NCBI GenBank assembly: GCA_963721765.1
Contig: CAVRJP010000001.1
Location: 590,878-654,877 of the forward strand
Length of the DNA: 64,000 nucleotides
Direction of reading: 5' to 3'
DNA from: an uncultured Chloroflexia bacterium
GTDB lineage: Bacteria; Chloroflexota; Limnocylindria; Limnocylindrales; CSP1-4
Part shown: piece by piece, positions 1 to 8,643 of the stretch
How the letters are laid out: each line of letters begins with the position of its first letter
Numbering within the stretch: the first letter of the stretch is position 1
Notes under the pieces: generated by a model
Seen by the model: only the letters and a program-made list of their open reading frames with translations
Told to the model about the DNA's origin: nothing
The model's database searches: none
Program-made: the position numbers and the translations under genes

Positions 1-334
1 CGAAGATCGTTGGTACGCCGGTCGAGCGATCCACATCGATGATGAAGTGGAGGAATGATTCCGCCGGAGGACTCTGCGGGATCCGAACATGGGCGTCGAC
101 TTTGATGCGCCATATCCGACCTGTCGGCTGAGGCGGATCGTTCGTCAGCTCGAGGAACACGAAGTCGCGCGGCTGGCCGGCTACGACGAAGGCTCGCGCG
201 ATCTCCACAGCTCGGGCCTGATCCACTTCGGTCGCGGGGGGCGCTGGTTGGCAACCTCCAAGTAGGAGCAGGAGGGCCGCAGCCACCACAGCAATCCTGG
301 CAACTTGCGGATGCGGATGACGCATCAAAGCCAT
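1..334 (-). CDS. hypothetical lipoprotein; C-terminal part lies beyond the window start
   Basis: Minus-strand ATG at 334 opens MALMRHPHPQVARIAVVAAALLLLLGGCQPAPP (signal peptide + LLGGC lipobox). The frame stays open to position 1. Absent from the ORF track because it is edge-truncated. Confidence 0.5.
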   Translation of the reverse strand, partial: MALMRHPHPQVARIAVVAAALLLLLGGCQPAPPATEVDQARAVEIARAFVVAGQPRDFVFLELTNDPPQPTGRIWRIKVDAHVRIPQSPPAESFLHFIIDVDRSTGVPTIF

Positions 335-339
335 CGGTC

Positions 340-1640
340 AGCGTCGCGAATGTGCGTAGGGTGAGACGTGGCCTTCGCGGGCTGCGAAGGTGTCGTCGAC
401 GAGGGCGGATGGCTCCCGCGTAAATGTGCCGCGGCGCTGCCGTTGGCCACCGTGACAAGTGCCTCCGTCCTCGCTGACGAGCGGGCCAGGCATGGCTTCA
501 TAGGAGCGTGGCTGTTACCTCAACGCACATTTGCCGCACCTGGCCCGCGCCCATCGTACCCGCAGCCGGAAGGGAGCTGAGAACGATGCGCGTGGTTGGC
601 ATCGACACCCACAAGGCGACGCTCGCGGCATGCGCGATCGACGAGGTTGGCCAGGTCCTCGCCGAGATGACGTTCGACAACGATCCAGCTGGCTTTGCCG
701 CCTTGCTGGCCTGGCTGGACGAGCTCGGAGGGGTCGAGCGGATCGGGCTCGAGGGCTCGGCCGGGTACGGGGCAGCCGCAGCGCGGTACCTGCTCGCCGC
801 CGGTGCAGCCGCGGTCGAGGTGCCGCCCGGGCTCAGCCACCGGGAGCGACTCCGGACCCGGCGTCCGGGCAAGAGCGATCCCGGGGACGCCCTGGCCATC
901 GCCCGGGTCACCGGGCGCGAGGCCGACCTGCCGCCGGTCCGGCTGCCCGACGCGTCCCGCGAGCTGCAGCTCATCGTCGAGGCCCGCGAGGATCTCGTGG
1001 CCGAGGCAACCCGCGTTCGGAACAGGCTCCACGCAGATCTCGTGGTGCTCGCCCCGGGCTACGGCGCGAGAGCCGCCAACCTCGTCGCCGAGAAGTACCG
1101 TCGCGCCGCGGGCAAGCTGCTGCGACGGCTGCCGGGCGTCCAGGCCGAGCTCGCCCGGGATCGGCTGGGACGGCTCGATCGGCTGTCCCGCGACGTCCGC
1201 GACTTCGAGCGCCGGATCGAGGCGCTCGTGGCCGGCCATCCGCTGCGCCGGCTGTGGGGCGCCGGACCGCTGATCACGGCCAAGCTCATCGGCGAGATCG
1301 GCGACATCAGCCGGTTCCGATCGCCCGATGCCTTCGCCATGCTCGCCGGCGTGGCGCCGATCCCCGCGAGCTCAGGGCAGACGAGCCGGGTCCGCCTCAA
1401 CCGCGGTGGCAACCGCCAGATCAACCGGGCGCTGCACGGAATCGCCCTGGCCCAGGTTCGCACGTACCCACCCGCTCAGGCCTTCGTCGCCCGCAAGCGG
1501 GCGGAGGGCAAGGGCTGGTTCGAGGCGCTCCGAGCCCTCAAGCGCCACCTCGCCCGGATCGTGTTTCGGATGCTCAGCCAGCCGGTCGGTCAGGCTTCGT
1601 CTTTGGGGGCTTGACTAGATAGGAGCTTGTCACGCACTAC
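340..1640 (+). mobile_element. IS110-family insertion sequence (ends approximate)
   Basis: Single IS110-type transposase ORF preceded by ~250 nt of non-coding sequence, with only ~25 nt after the stop. This is the usual IS110 layout. No terminal inverted repeats are seen, as expected for the family. Ends are not mappable without a second copy or an empty site. Confidence 0.6.
586..1614 (+). CDS. IS110 family transposase
   Basis: The N-terminus MRVVGIDTHKATLAACAID (DEDD/RuvC-like) and the C-terminal LAGVAPIPASSGQTSRVRLNRGGNRQINRALH block are typical of IS110 transposases. ATG 586 is preferred to ORF-track start 508 because homologs start MxxVGID and GGAAGGGAG lies ~9 nt upstream. Confidence 0.9.
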   Translation: MRVVGIDTHKATLAACAIDEVGQVLAEMTFDNDPAGFAALLAWLDELGGVERIGLEGSAGYGAAAARYLLAAGAAAVEVPPGLSHRERLRTRRPGKSDPGDALAIARVTGREADLPPVRLPDASRELQLIVEAREDLVAEATRVRNRLHADLVVLAPGYGARAANLVAEKYRRAAGKLLRRLPGVQAELARDRLGRLDRLSRDVRDFERRIEALVAGHPLRRLWGAGPLITAKLIGEIGDISRFRSPDAFAMLAGVAPIPASSGQTSRVRLNRGGNRQINRALHGIALAQVRTYPPAQAFVARKRAEGKGWFEALRALKRHLARIVFRMLSQPVGQASSLGA

Positions 1641-1954
1641 CGGTCCGCCTGGACCGATATCGGCTCGCACGAAAGGACCTCGGCGACCCTGATCTCGCGA
1701 CTGCATGTCCCGAGGTGTCCGAACTTGCCTTTTGGTCCAAGGCTGCCCCGCACGCGCATCGCGTAGGTCCCTCCAGGACCACGACCAAGTCCGGGCTGGT
1801 CCGGGAGTTCGAAATCTGCCGGAAAGCGCGGATACCACCGCTCCACCTTCTGCCGGCCGAAGAGCCCTCGACCGACGGCCACCTCGAACCGAGCCAGCTC
1901 CCAATGGGCGACGTACGTGCCGTCGAATTCCTCAGATGCGCTCACGTAAGTCAC
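1637..1954 (-). CDS. hypothetical protein (no recognised domain); 3' end abuts the IS110 right end
   Basis: 105-aa ORF, last of four co-oriented genes. No motif I can name. The C-terminal residues may be IS-derived. Confidence 0.35.
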   Translation of the reverse strand: MTYVSASEEFDGTYVAHWELARFEVAVGRGLFGRQKVERWYPRFPADFELPDQPGLGRGPGGTYAMRVRGSLGPKGKFGHLGTCSREIRVAEVLSCEPISVQADR

Positions 1955-1962
1955 TCGGGCGC

Positions 1963-2367
1963 TCAGTCAGCGTCGCCGAATGTCATGCGATCTTTCATCC
2001 ACCCGCTCGCCACTAGCGCATCCGATCGAAGGTGCCGCGCGCCGACGGATCGATAGACGAATCTGCCCCGCCACTTCATCAACAGTGCGGCGAGATCGCG
2101 GGGCGAAGCGTCCGAGTAGGACGCCCACGAGCCCCAGGCGCGATGCGGATACCCGAGGAGCATGTTTAGGACGTTGTTGGCGGCGTCATCCAGCAATTCA
2201 CGATCTTGCGGTATGGGCCATTGCTCGATCAGCCGGCGTAGGTCAGATCGATCGAACCCCATGAGCGTCTGGAACTCCCACTCCGGAAAGAAGGGGCCAT
2301 CAGCCGCAGCGCGGAACGCATCGAGGAGCAGGCTTCGCTCCCCTTCAGCCAGATTGTCGAAGTCCAT
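1963..2367 (-). CDS. hypothetical protein (small helical, immunity-protein-like by feel only)
   Basis: ORF 1963..2526 trimmed to internal ATG MDFDNLAEGERSLLLDAF. The upstream part of the ORF is Arg/Cys/Pro junk. No recognised domain. Confidence 0.4.
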   Translation of the reverse strand: MDFDNLAEGERSLLLDAFRAAADGPFFPEWEFQTLMGFDRSDLRRLIEQWPIPQDRELLDDAANNVLNMLLGYPHRAWGSWASYSDASPRDLAALLMKWRGRFVYRSVGARHLRSDALVASGWMKDRMTFGDAD

Positions 2368-2422
2368 CGCTCGCTCAGTGTCGGCCAATGTCACGTGAGC
2401 CCGTTGATTTTGGATCACTCGA

Positions 2423-2831
2423 TCACGGAACGCAGTCGCCGGGCGTGCCGGGTCCCGGCATTGGACCGAGAAGCGGCGGACCGGACCACAGGTCGATCCC
2501 CCCGCAAGACAGATCAACACGGGCACCGTCGCCCGTACTGCCGTTCGGGCCTTCGATGACGTCTCCCGATCGAACCGTCAATGAAAGAAGTGTTCGGCCT
2601 GTCACCGTGCGAACCTCGGCGACCCACGGCAGCGAGGGCAGAGTCGCAGCGAAGAGATCCAGCTGAGCATGCGGCGCCAGCAGCTCCATCTGGCCGTTGA
2701 CGACGATGGCTAGCTGGAGCGGCGTGCCGTTGTTCGCATGGAGCTCCATCTGCCGATCAGGAACGACGCCCGCTACCGGCTGGGCAGCCGCCCGCCGTCA
2801 AGACGACGAGGGCAAGTCCGAGTCGGGTCAT
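2423..2831 (-). CDS. putative lipoprotein, apparent frameshift between signal peptide and body
   Basis: ATG at 2831 has GAGGAGG upstream and an ATGA overlap with the stop of the upstream gene. It encodes MTRLGLALVVLTAGGC (lipobox), then hits a stop at 2757-2759. The body (ORF 2423..2749, open upstream to ~2790) is in the +1 frame. Confidence 0.5.
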
Positions 2832-3436
2832 GCCTCCTCAGTGTCCAGTACTGCACCTCCGTGCGCGTCAGCATCCTCGTCTGGCGGCGCCGCGAAGTAT
2901 CGAGCTGTTGCCGTGTCTTCGCGGCCCGCCGCCTGAACCCATGTTGCGATCTCCGCCAACTCGCTGGCGTAATCCCAACCAATGAATTGAACCATCTCCC
3001 AAAGGAAAGGAGGCAATGCTGCCCGGCGCGATTCGCGCTCGATGTCGTAATGGAAGTGGTCCGTGTAGGCGAGGTCCTCGAAGCACTGTCGGGGCGTCAT
3101 CGGACCATAGGGGCCGTTGACGACACCGAGCCTGGAGAGGTTGGCTCGCTCTCGTCGCTGGCGCAGGATCTTGATGCGCTCACGTGTGATGTCGAGCTCG
3201 GCACCCGAGTCGATCTCATTCATGATTGTGTCCAGGTGTACGTCGGACTTCGGGTCGTCGAGCAGACGGACGGACATCAACCACGAGCGGAGGGACTCTC
3301 GTCCGGGCTCGGTCGTCGATACCCCGCCCTGCTCGTGCCAAGAAACTGACCACGATGTGTGCGAGCCGGTCTCAGCGATGAGCGCGGCCACGTGCCGGTC
3401 GAAGAGGCGAAGCCGGTCCGCCTCGGTCCTCTTCAT
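2828..3436 (-). CDS. hypothetical protein
   Basis: ORF 2828..3535 trimmed to MKRTEADRLRLFDRH so that it does not overlap the upstream gene. No recognised domain. Visibly lower GC than flanking genes. Confidence 0.4.
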   Translation of the reverse strand: MKRTEADRLRLFDRHVAALIAETGSHTSWSVSWHEQGGVSTTEPGRESLRSWLMSVRLLDDPKSDVHLDTIMNEIDSGAELDITRERIKILRQRRERANLSRLGVVNGPYGPMTPRQCFEDLAYTDHFHYDIERESRRAALPPFLWEMVQFIGWDYASELAEIATWVQAAGREDTATARYFAAPPDEDADAHGGAVLDTEEA

Positions 3437-3476
3437 TCGAAGAAGGGACCATTCATGTGAAGTCCCGTTCTCTCGG

Positions 3477-5206
3477 TCAGCGTGATGACACGAGGCGGGC
3501 GAGGTCCTTTGGATCGCTGACGGGTTGGAGTCCACGATCGGCGAGGAGGCGGTAGACGCCCTCTCGATCCTCGTGGCAGAGCATCACGATGACCTCGGGG
3601 CGCTCGGCGTTCTCGGTCCTGTCGAGCTCGGCGGCGAGGGCAGTCGGTTCGTCGATGTAGACCGGGATCTTGCCCTTCCAGCCGCCCTCGGTGGCGCCGG
3701 CGCGGATCTCGCCCAGGAGGGACTCGCGCGTGCGGCCGCGGAGGTAGTGGAGCATCTCCTTGAGAACGAACCGGTCGACCCGTCCGGCGATGATCTTGCC
3801 GACGCCGCGGAGCGTGTCGTCTGGCCGATCGCCGGCGAGACCGACGATCGCGCTGATCGGCGCCGGGTGCCCGTCCGAACCTGCCGCGTTAGCAATCGCG
3901 TCGACGACATCGAAGAGCATCGTCACGCCCGCCTCGTTGTGGGCGAAGTCGACGACGACCACGCGGTTCTCGTCCCGGAAGACGTTGAGCCGCCCGCGCG
4001 AATCGTCGGCGCTCGGGACGAACGTGCGAAGGCCGCGCTTGACCGCGTCGATCGAGGCGCCCATCGCTCGGGCAGCGCCCGCCGCGGCGAGCGCATTCGC
4101 GACGTTGTGGCGGGCCGCACCGCCGAGGACGACGGGGATCTCATCCAGTGACCCGAAGGGTCGCCATTTCGCACCCTCCGCCTCGCCGAGCTGACCGTCG
4201 CTCACGAGATAGGCGAGCCCGCCGGCCGCCAGGTGCCGCCGCACGCGGGCCGATCGGTCGCCCAGGAGCGTGAAGAACGCGACCAGCCCCTGCACCTTCG
4301 ACGCGATACCGGCGACGTGCCGGTCGTCAGCGTTGAGGATGACCCGCCCGGTTGGCTTCGTGACGCGCGCGATGATCGACTTCACCTCGGCCAGCTCGGG
4401 CAGCGTGTGGACGCCCTGGAGGTCCATGTGGTCCGAGGACACGTTCGTCACGACGCTCGCGTCGTTCGACTCGTATCCGACGCCGCGCAGGAGCATCCCG
4501 CCTCGGGCGGTCTCGAGGACGGCGACGTCGAGGTCGTCGCGGGCAAGGATCGATGCGGCGCCAGCCGGTCCCGTCCAGTCACCCTGCTCGACCATCTCGC
4601 CATCGACGACGATCCCGTCGGACGTCGTCGCGCCGACGCGCTTTCCGGACTCGCGCAGGATGTGGACGATCAGGCGGGTCGTGGTCGTCTTGCCGTTCGT
4701 GCCGGTGATCGAGACGATCGGGAGCCGACGATCGGCGTCGCGCAGCCACGTCGGACCGTCGCCCTCGGCCGCCTCGACACGGTCCGAGAGACCGGCGACG
4801 AGCCGACCTTGTCGCGGCGTCAGGATGGCTCTCGATCCCGCCGGGACGTCTCGATCCACAAGCGCGAGGGCTGCCTCCGCGATCGCCTTCGCCCGGTCCC
4901 CGAGCAGCCATGGCCAGGCCAGGATCCAGTGCCCCGGGTCGGACGATCGATGGACGCTCACCGGACCCGCCGCGCCGTCCGGGTGCTCACGCCGGAGTCG
5001 CCGTACCCAGTCGGCGAGCGCAGCGACCCGAGCGGGCTGCTCATCGCGCGGGACCGAGCCGCGGTGAGTCGAACGAGGGCATGCCGCTCGGGCTCCCGGC
5101 GCCCGTACCAGGTGCGCCGCCGCCCGATCGCCACCTCGAGCTTCGCCGCCGGGGCGAGCCGGTACAGGTTCGGTCCGTCGAGCAGGCGGATCTCGATGAG
5201 GCGCAC
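3477..5206 (-). CDS. Mur ligase family protein with cyanophycin-synthetase-like N-terminal domain; apparent frameshift near 5030-5065
   Basis: Carries the ITGTNGKTTTTRL P-loop plus Mur_ligase middle and C-terminal domain pattern in ORF 3477..5225. The conserved N-terminus VRLIEIRLLDGPNLYRLAPAAKLEVAIGRRRTWYG starts at GTG 5206 but lies in a different frame (ORF 4958..5992). Confidence 0.75.
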
Positions 5207-5239
5207 GGCCCGGCGAGAATAGCAACGGCCGGGTCGTCC

Positions 5240-5251
5240 TAGACTTTCGAC
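5240..5251 (+). promoter_or_regulatory. candidate -10 box (TAGACT) placed for a leaderless transcript of the M20 peptidase gene
   Basis: TAGACT at 5240-5245 lies 6 nt before the GTG start at 5252. There is no SD. Only 45 nt separate the divergent starts. Confidence 0.3.
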
Positions 5252-6637
5252 GTGATCACGGCAGCGCCACCCGGCTCGCTCGTCTCGGCGACGGAGATCG
5301 AGCGCCTCCGATTGATCGTCGAGGATGGCCTGCTGGCGTTCCTCGCCGACCTCGAGCGCCTGTGCAACATCGACTGCGGCAGCTACTCGCCGGACGGCGT
5401 GAACGAGGTCGCGACGTGGGTCGCGGCGGACCTCGAATCGCTCGGCGCCAAGGTGGTGCGTCGACCCGACCACAACGGTCGCTATGGCGACACCGTGGTC
5501 GGCACGTTCGAGGGAACGCCCGGCGGCGGTCCTCGCGTGCTGCTCATCGGGCACATGGACACGGTCTTCTCGGATGGGACGGTCGCCCAGCGGCCCTTCC
5601 GGATCGACGGCGGTCGCGCGCGTGGCGCCGGCGTGAGCGACATGAAGGCCGGGCTCCTGGCAGGCCTGCGCGCGCTGGCGGCCATTCGGGACCTCGCCCA
5701 GCGAACCGGGACCGAATTCAGCTGGCCGTTCGAGCGGCTCGTGTTCGTTGCCAACCCCGACGAGGAGATCGGCTCGCCATCCTCGACGCCGCACATCGTC
5801 GAGCTCGCGCGACAGAGCGACGTCGCCCTCGTGCTCGAGTGCGCGCGCGAGAACGGCGACTTCGTCTCGATGCGCAAGGGCATCGCCGACCTGCGGCTGA
5901 CGATCAACGGGCGCGCCGCGCACGCCGGCGTCGAGCCCGAGAAGGGCCGCAGCGCGATCCTCGCCGGCGCGTCGCTCGTCAACTCGATCCACGAGCTCAA
6001 CGGGCGGTGGCCCAGTGTCACGGCCAACGTCGGCGTGTTCAAGGCGGGCACCCGACCCAACATCGTGTGCGACCAGGCCGAGCTCCAGGTCGATATCCGG
6101 GCGATGACCGCCGAGTCACTCGACGCGGCGCTCGACGCGGTTCGCGCCCTCGCGGCAGCTCCGTCCGTCGCGGACGTGACGATCGAGATCGACCGCATGA
6201 ACGGCTGGGCGCCAATGGAGAAGCTCGAGCGGTCCGGCCGGCTCGTCGACCACGTGATCGCGCTCGCGGCGCGGCTCGGGTTCGTGACGAAGGACACCGC
6301 GACCGGCGGGGCGTCCGACGCCAACACCACGTCCGGCCTGGGTGTGCCCTCGATCGACGGGCTCGGCCCGATCGGCGGGATGGATCACTCGCCCGAGGAG
6401 TTCCTCGAGGTCGACTCGATCGTGCCCCGGACGACGCTCCTGGCCGCGCTGCTGCTCGAGATCGCTCGCGACCCGGTCGTGGCGAGCTGGCGGGCCGGCG
6501 CCGGCCCGCGGGTGAGCGCCGAGGGACGCCAACGGATTTCCAGTGGCGGCCCTTGGGAGGCAAGCGTCGGGTACAGCCGGGCGCTGCGTCGTCGGCGACT
6601 GGTGTCATGTCTCCGGGACGACCGATGCCGGGCCTGA
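5252..6637 (+). CDS. M20 family metallopeptidase (glutamate carboxypeptidase-like); true end probably ~6511-6515
   Basis: GHMDTV, SDMKAG, NPDEEIGS and the GGASDAN...HSPEEF motifs. The last ~40 codons of the ORF are actually the N-terminus of a RidA-like protein read in the same frame. Confidence 0.85.
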   Translation: MITAAPPGSLVSATEIERLRLIVEDGLLAFLADLERLCNIDCGSYSPDGVNEVATWVAADLESLGAKVVRRPDHNGRYGDTVVGTFEGTPGGGPRVLLIGHMDTVFSDGTVAQRPFRIDGGRARGAGVSDMKAGLLAGLRALAAIRDLAQRTGTEFSWPFERLVFVANPDEEIGSPSSTPHIVELARQSDVALVLECARENGDFVSMRKGIADLRLTINGRAAHAGVEPEKGRSAILAGASLVNSIHELNGRWPSVTANVGVFKAGTRPNIVCDQAELQVDIRAMTAESLDAALDAVRALAAAPSVADVTIEIDRMNGWAPMEKLERSGRLVDHVIALAARLGFVTKDTATGGASDANTTSGLGVPSIDGLGPIGGMDHSPEEFLEVDSIVPRTTLLAALLLEIARDPVVASWRAGAGPRVSAEGRQRISSGGPWEASVGYSRALRRRRLVSCLRDDRCRA

Positions 6638-6911
6638 TGGCAAGTCGCGCCACCCCGGCGACGCGGCGGCGCAGGCCAACGCGGCGCTGGAGATCATCGA
6701 GCGGGCCCTGATTGAGGGCGGGTTCTCCAGGCACGACATCGTCCGCACCCGGATGTACGTCACGGATCTCGCCGACGTGGCCGCGGTCGGGAAGGTTCAC
6801 GGGGAGTGGTTCCGCGACATTCGGCCCGCATCGGCGCTGGTGATCGTGGCCGCGCTCGTCGACCCGACACTCCTCGTCGAGATCGAGGCCGACGCGACCC
6901 GCTCGGTCTAG
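6512..6911 (+). CDS. RidA/YjgF family protein, apparent 1-nt frameshift at ~6587-6593
   Basis: GTG 6512 gives VSAEGRQRISSGGPWEASVGYSRALR, a typical RidA-family start. It continues as VGDWCHVSGTTD...VEIEADA in ORF 6543..6911, one frame over. Removing one base in the cgtcgtc run restores GYSRALRVGDW. Confidence 0.7.
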
Positions 6912-8605
6912 GCCCGAGTCGCCGCTGAGGCGCTCCTCGTCTGGCGTGCGCTGATCGACCGGAGGCGGCGCATGACGTCGTTGCCGCCGCGGCCGAAGTG
7001 GTCGTGGAGGGCCATGTAGTCGACGAAGAGCTCGTCGTAGACGGCGCCGGCGTCGCGGCTCGGTCGGAACGTCCTGACGTGCGGTCGCACGAGGGCTGTG
7101 GCCGCATCCGCGATCGAGTCGAACCCACCGGCGGCGGCACCCGCGGCAACCGCGCCGTACATCGCCGAGCCCAGCGCCGGCGCCTGCGCCGATGCCGCGA
7201 CGTGGACCTCCCGGCCCGTGATGTCGGCCGAGAGCTGCATGAGGAGCTGGTTCCGCTCCGGGAGTCCGCCGCACGCCACGATCCGCTCGACCGCGACGCC
7301 GGCGGTCTCGAGCGACTCGATGATCGCCCGCGTCCCGAAGGCCGTTGCCTCGAGCAACGCCCGGTAGATGTCGGCGGGTCTCGTCGCCAAGGTCGCCCCC
7401 ACCAGCAGGCCGCTCAGCTCGGCGTCCACGAGGATGGACCGGTTGCCGTTCCACCAATCGAGCGCCAGCAGCCCTGACTCGCCGGGCCGCAATCCTGCCG
7501 CCTCGCGCTCGAGCACCTCCTGAGCGCCGGTTCCGTCGCGCCGCGCGCGCTCGTGGACCTCGGGCGGGACGGCCTGCTTCGCGAACCAGGCGAAGATGTC
7601 GCCGACAGCCGATTGACCGGCCTCGTAGCCGAAGAAGCCCGGGATGATCCCGTCCTCGACGACGCCGCACATCCCCTCGGCCAGCGCGAGCCGCGACCCG
7701 AGGACCATGTGGCACGTGCTCGTGCCCATGACGGCGACCATCGTTCCGGGCTCGATGACGCCGACCGCCGGCACGGACACGTGCGCGTCGACGTTGGCGA
7801 TCGCGACGGGCGTCCCTGGTCGCAGGCCAGTCCAGGCCGCCGCCTCATCGGTCAGCTCACCGGCGCGCTCACCGATCGACCGGATGCCCCGCGACATCTT
7901 GTCGTCGACCACCGATGCGAACGACGGGTCGAGCGAGCCGAAGTACGCCGGCTCGGGGAAGCCGTCCGACTTCGACCAGAGCGCCTTGTACCCGGCGGTG
8001 CACGAGTTCCGCGACTCGACCCCGGTGAGCTGCCAGACCACCCAGTCGGCCGCCTCGATGATGCGGTCGGCGGCGCGATAGACGCGCGGCGCCTCGTCGA
8101 GGATCTGGAGGCCCTTCGAGAAGAACCACTCCGATGAGATCCGGCCGCCGTAGCGAGGGAGCCATGACTCGCCGCGGGCGGCGGCAGCGGCGTTGATCCG
8201 GTCCGCCTCGGGCTGCGCGGCGTGATGCTTCCAGAGCTTGACCCAGGCGTGCGGCTCGCGGCGAAGCTCGGGGAGGCGGGAGAGCGGCGTGCCGTCGGCG
8301 GTGGTCGGGAGCATCGTGCAGGCGGTGAAGTCGATACCCAGCCCGATGACGTCCGAGGGCTCGACCCCGGACTCTGCAAGAAGTCGCGGAACGGTCGATT
8401 GGATCGCCGCGATGTAGTCGTCCGGGTCCTGGAGCGCCCAATCGGGCTCGAGGACGACGTCGTCGTTCGGCGCCGGCAGCCGCTCGTCGATCACGCCGTT
8501 CGCGTAGTGGTGGATCGCCGTCGCCACCTCGGCGCCACTTCGCAGGTTGACGAGCACCGCGCGACCCGACTCGGTCCCGAAATCGAGCCCGATCGCGTAG
8601 CTCAC
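6908..8605 (-). CDS. araB: ribulokinase
   Basis: FGGY kinase. YAIGLDFGTESGRAV start and full-length similarity pattern to AraB. GTG start at 8605. Last gene of the ara operon. Confidence 0.9.
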   Translation of the reverse strand: MSYAIGLDFGTESGRAVLVNLRSGAEVATAIHHYANGVIDERLPAPNDDVVLEPDWALQDPDDYIAAIQSTVPRLLAESGVEPSDVIGLGIDFTACTMLPTTADGTPLSRLPELRREPHAWVKLWKHHAAQPEADRINAAAAARGESWLPRYGGRISSEWFFSKGLQILDEAPRVYRAADRIIEAADWVVWQLTGVESRNSCTAGYKALWSKSDGFPEPAYFGSLDPSFASVVDDKMSRGIRSIGERAGELTDEAAAWTGLRPGTPVAIANVDAHVSVPAVGVIEPGTMVAVMGTSTCHMVLGSRLALAEGMCGVVEDGIIPGFFGYEAGQSAVGDIFAWFAKQAVPPEVHERARRDGTGAQEVLEREAAGLRPGESGLLALDWWNGNRSILVDAELSGLLVGATLATRPADIYRALLEATAFGTRAIIESLETAGVAVERIVACGGLPERNQLLMQLSADITGREVHVAASAQAPALGSAMYGAVAAGAAAGGFDSIADAATALVRPHVRTFRPSRDAGAVYDELFVDYMALHDHFGRGGNDVMRRLRSISARQTRSASAATRA

Positions 8606-8607
8606 GT

Positions 8608-8643
8608 CGCGGCGCTCATCCCGGCGCTCATGCCAGCGCTCAT
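8608..8643 (-). repeat. 12-nt tandem repeat x3 (ATGAGCGCNGGN) filling the araD-araB junction
   Basis: Minus strand reads ATGAGCGCTGGC ATGAGCGCCGGG ATGAGCGCCGCG. It forms a 13-codon ORF MSAGMSAGMSAAT. Confidence 0.8.

Noticed and set aside
368-580. The 70-aa ORF inside the IS110 left end.
   Set aside because: There is no RBS and the composition is biased. This region of IS110 elements is normally non-coding and may specify an RNA.
6908-6911. Convergent araB and RidA genes sharing the palindrome CTAG for their stop codons.
   Set aside because: It is real in the sequence, but it is a trivial consequence of convergent gene ends and carries no functional inference.
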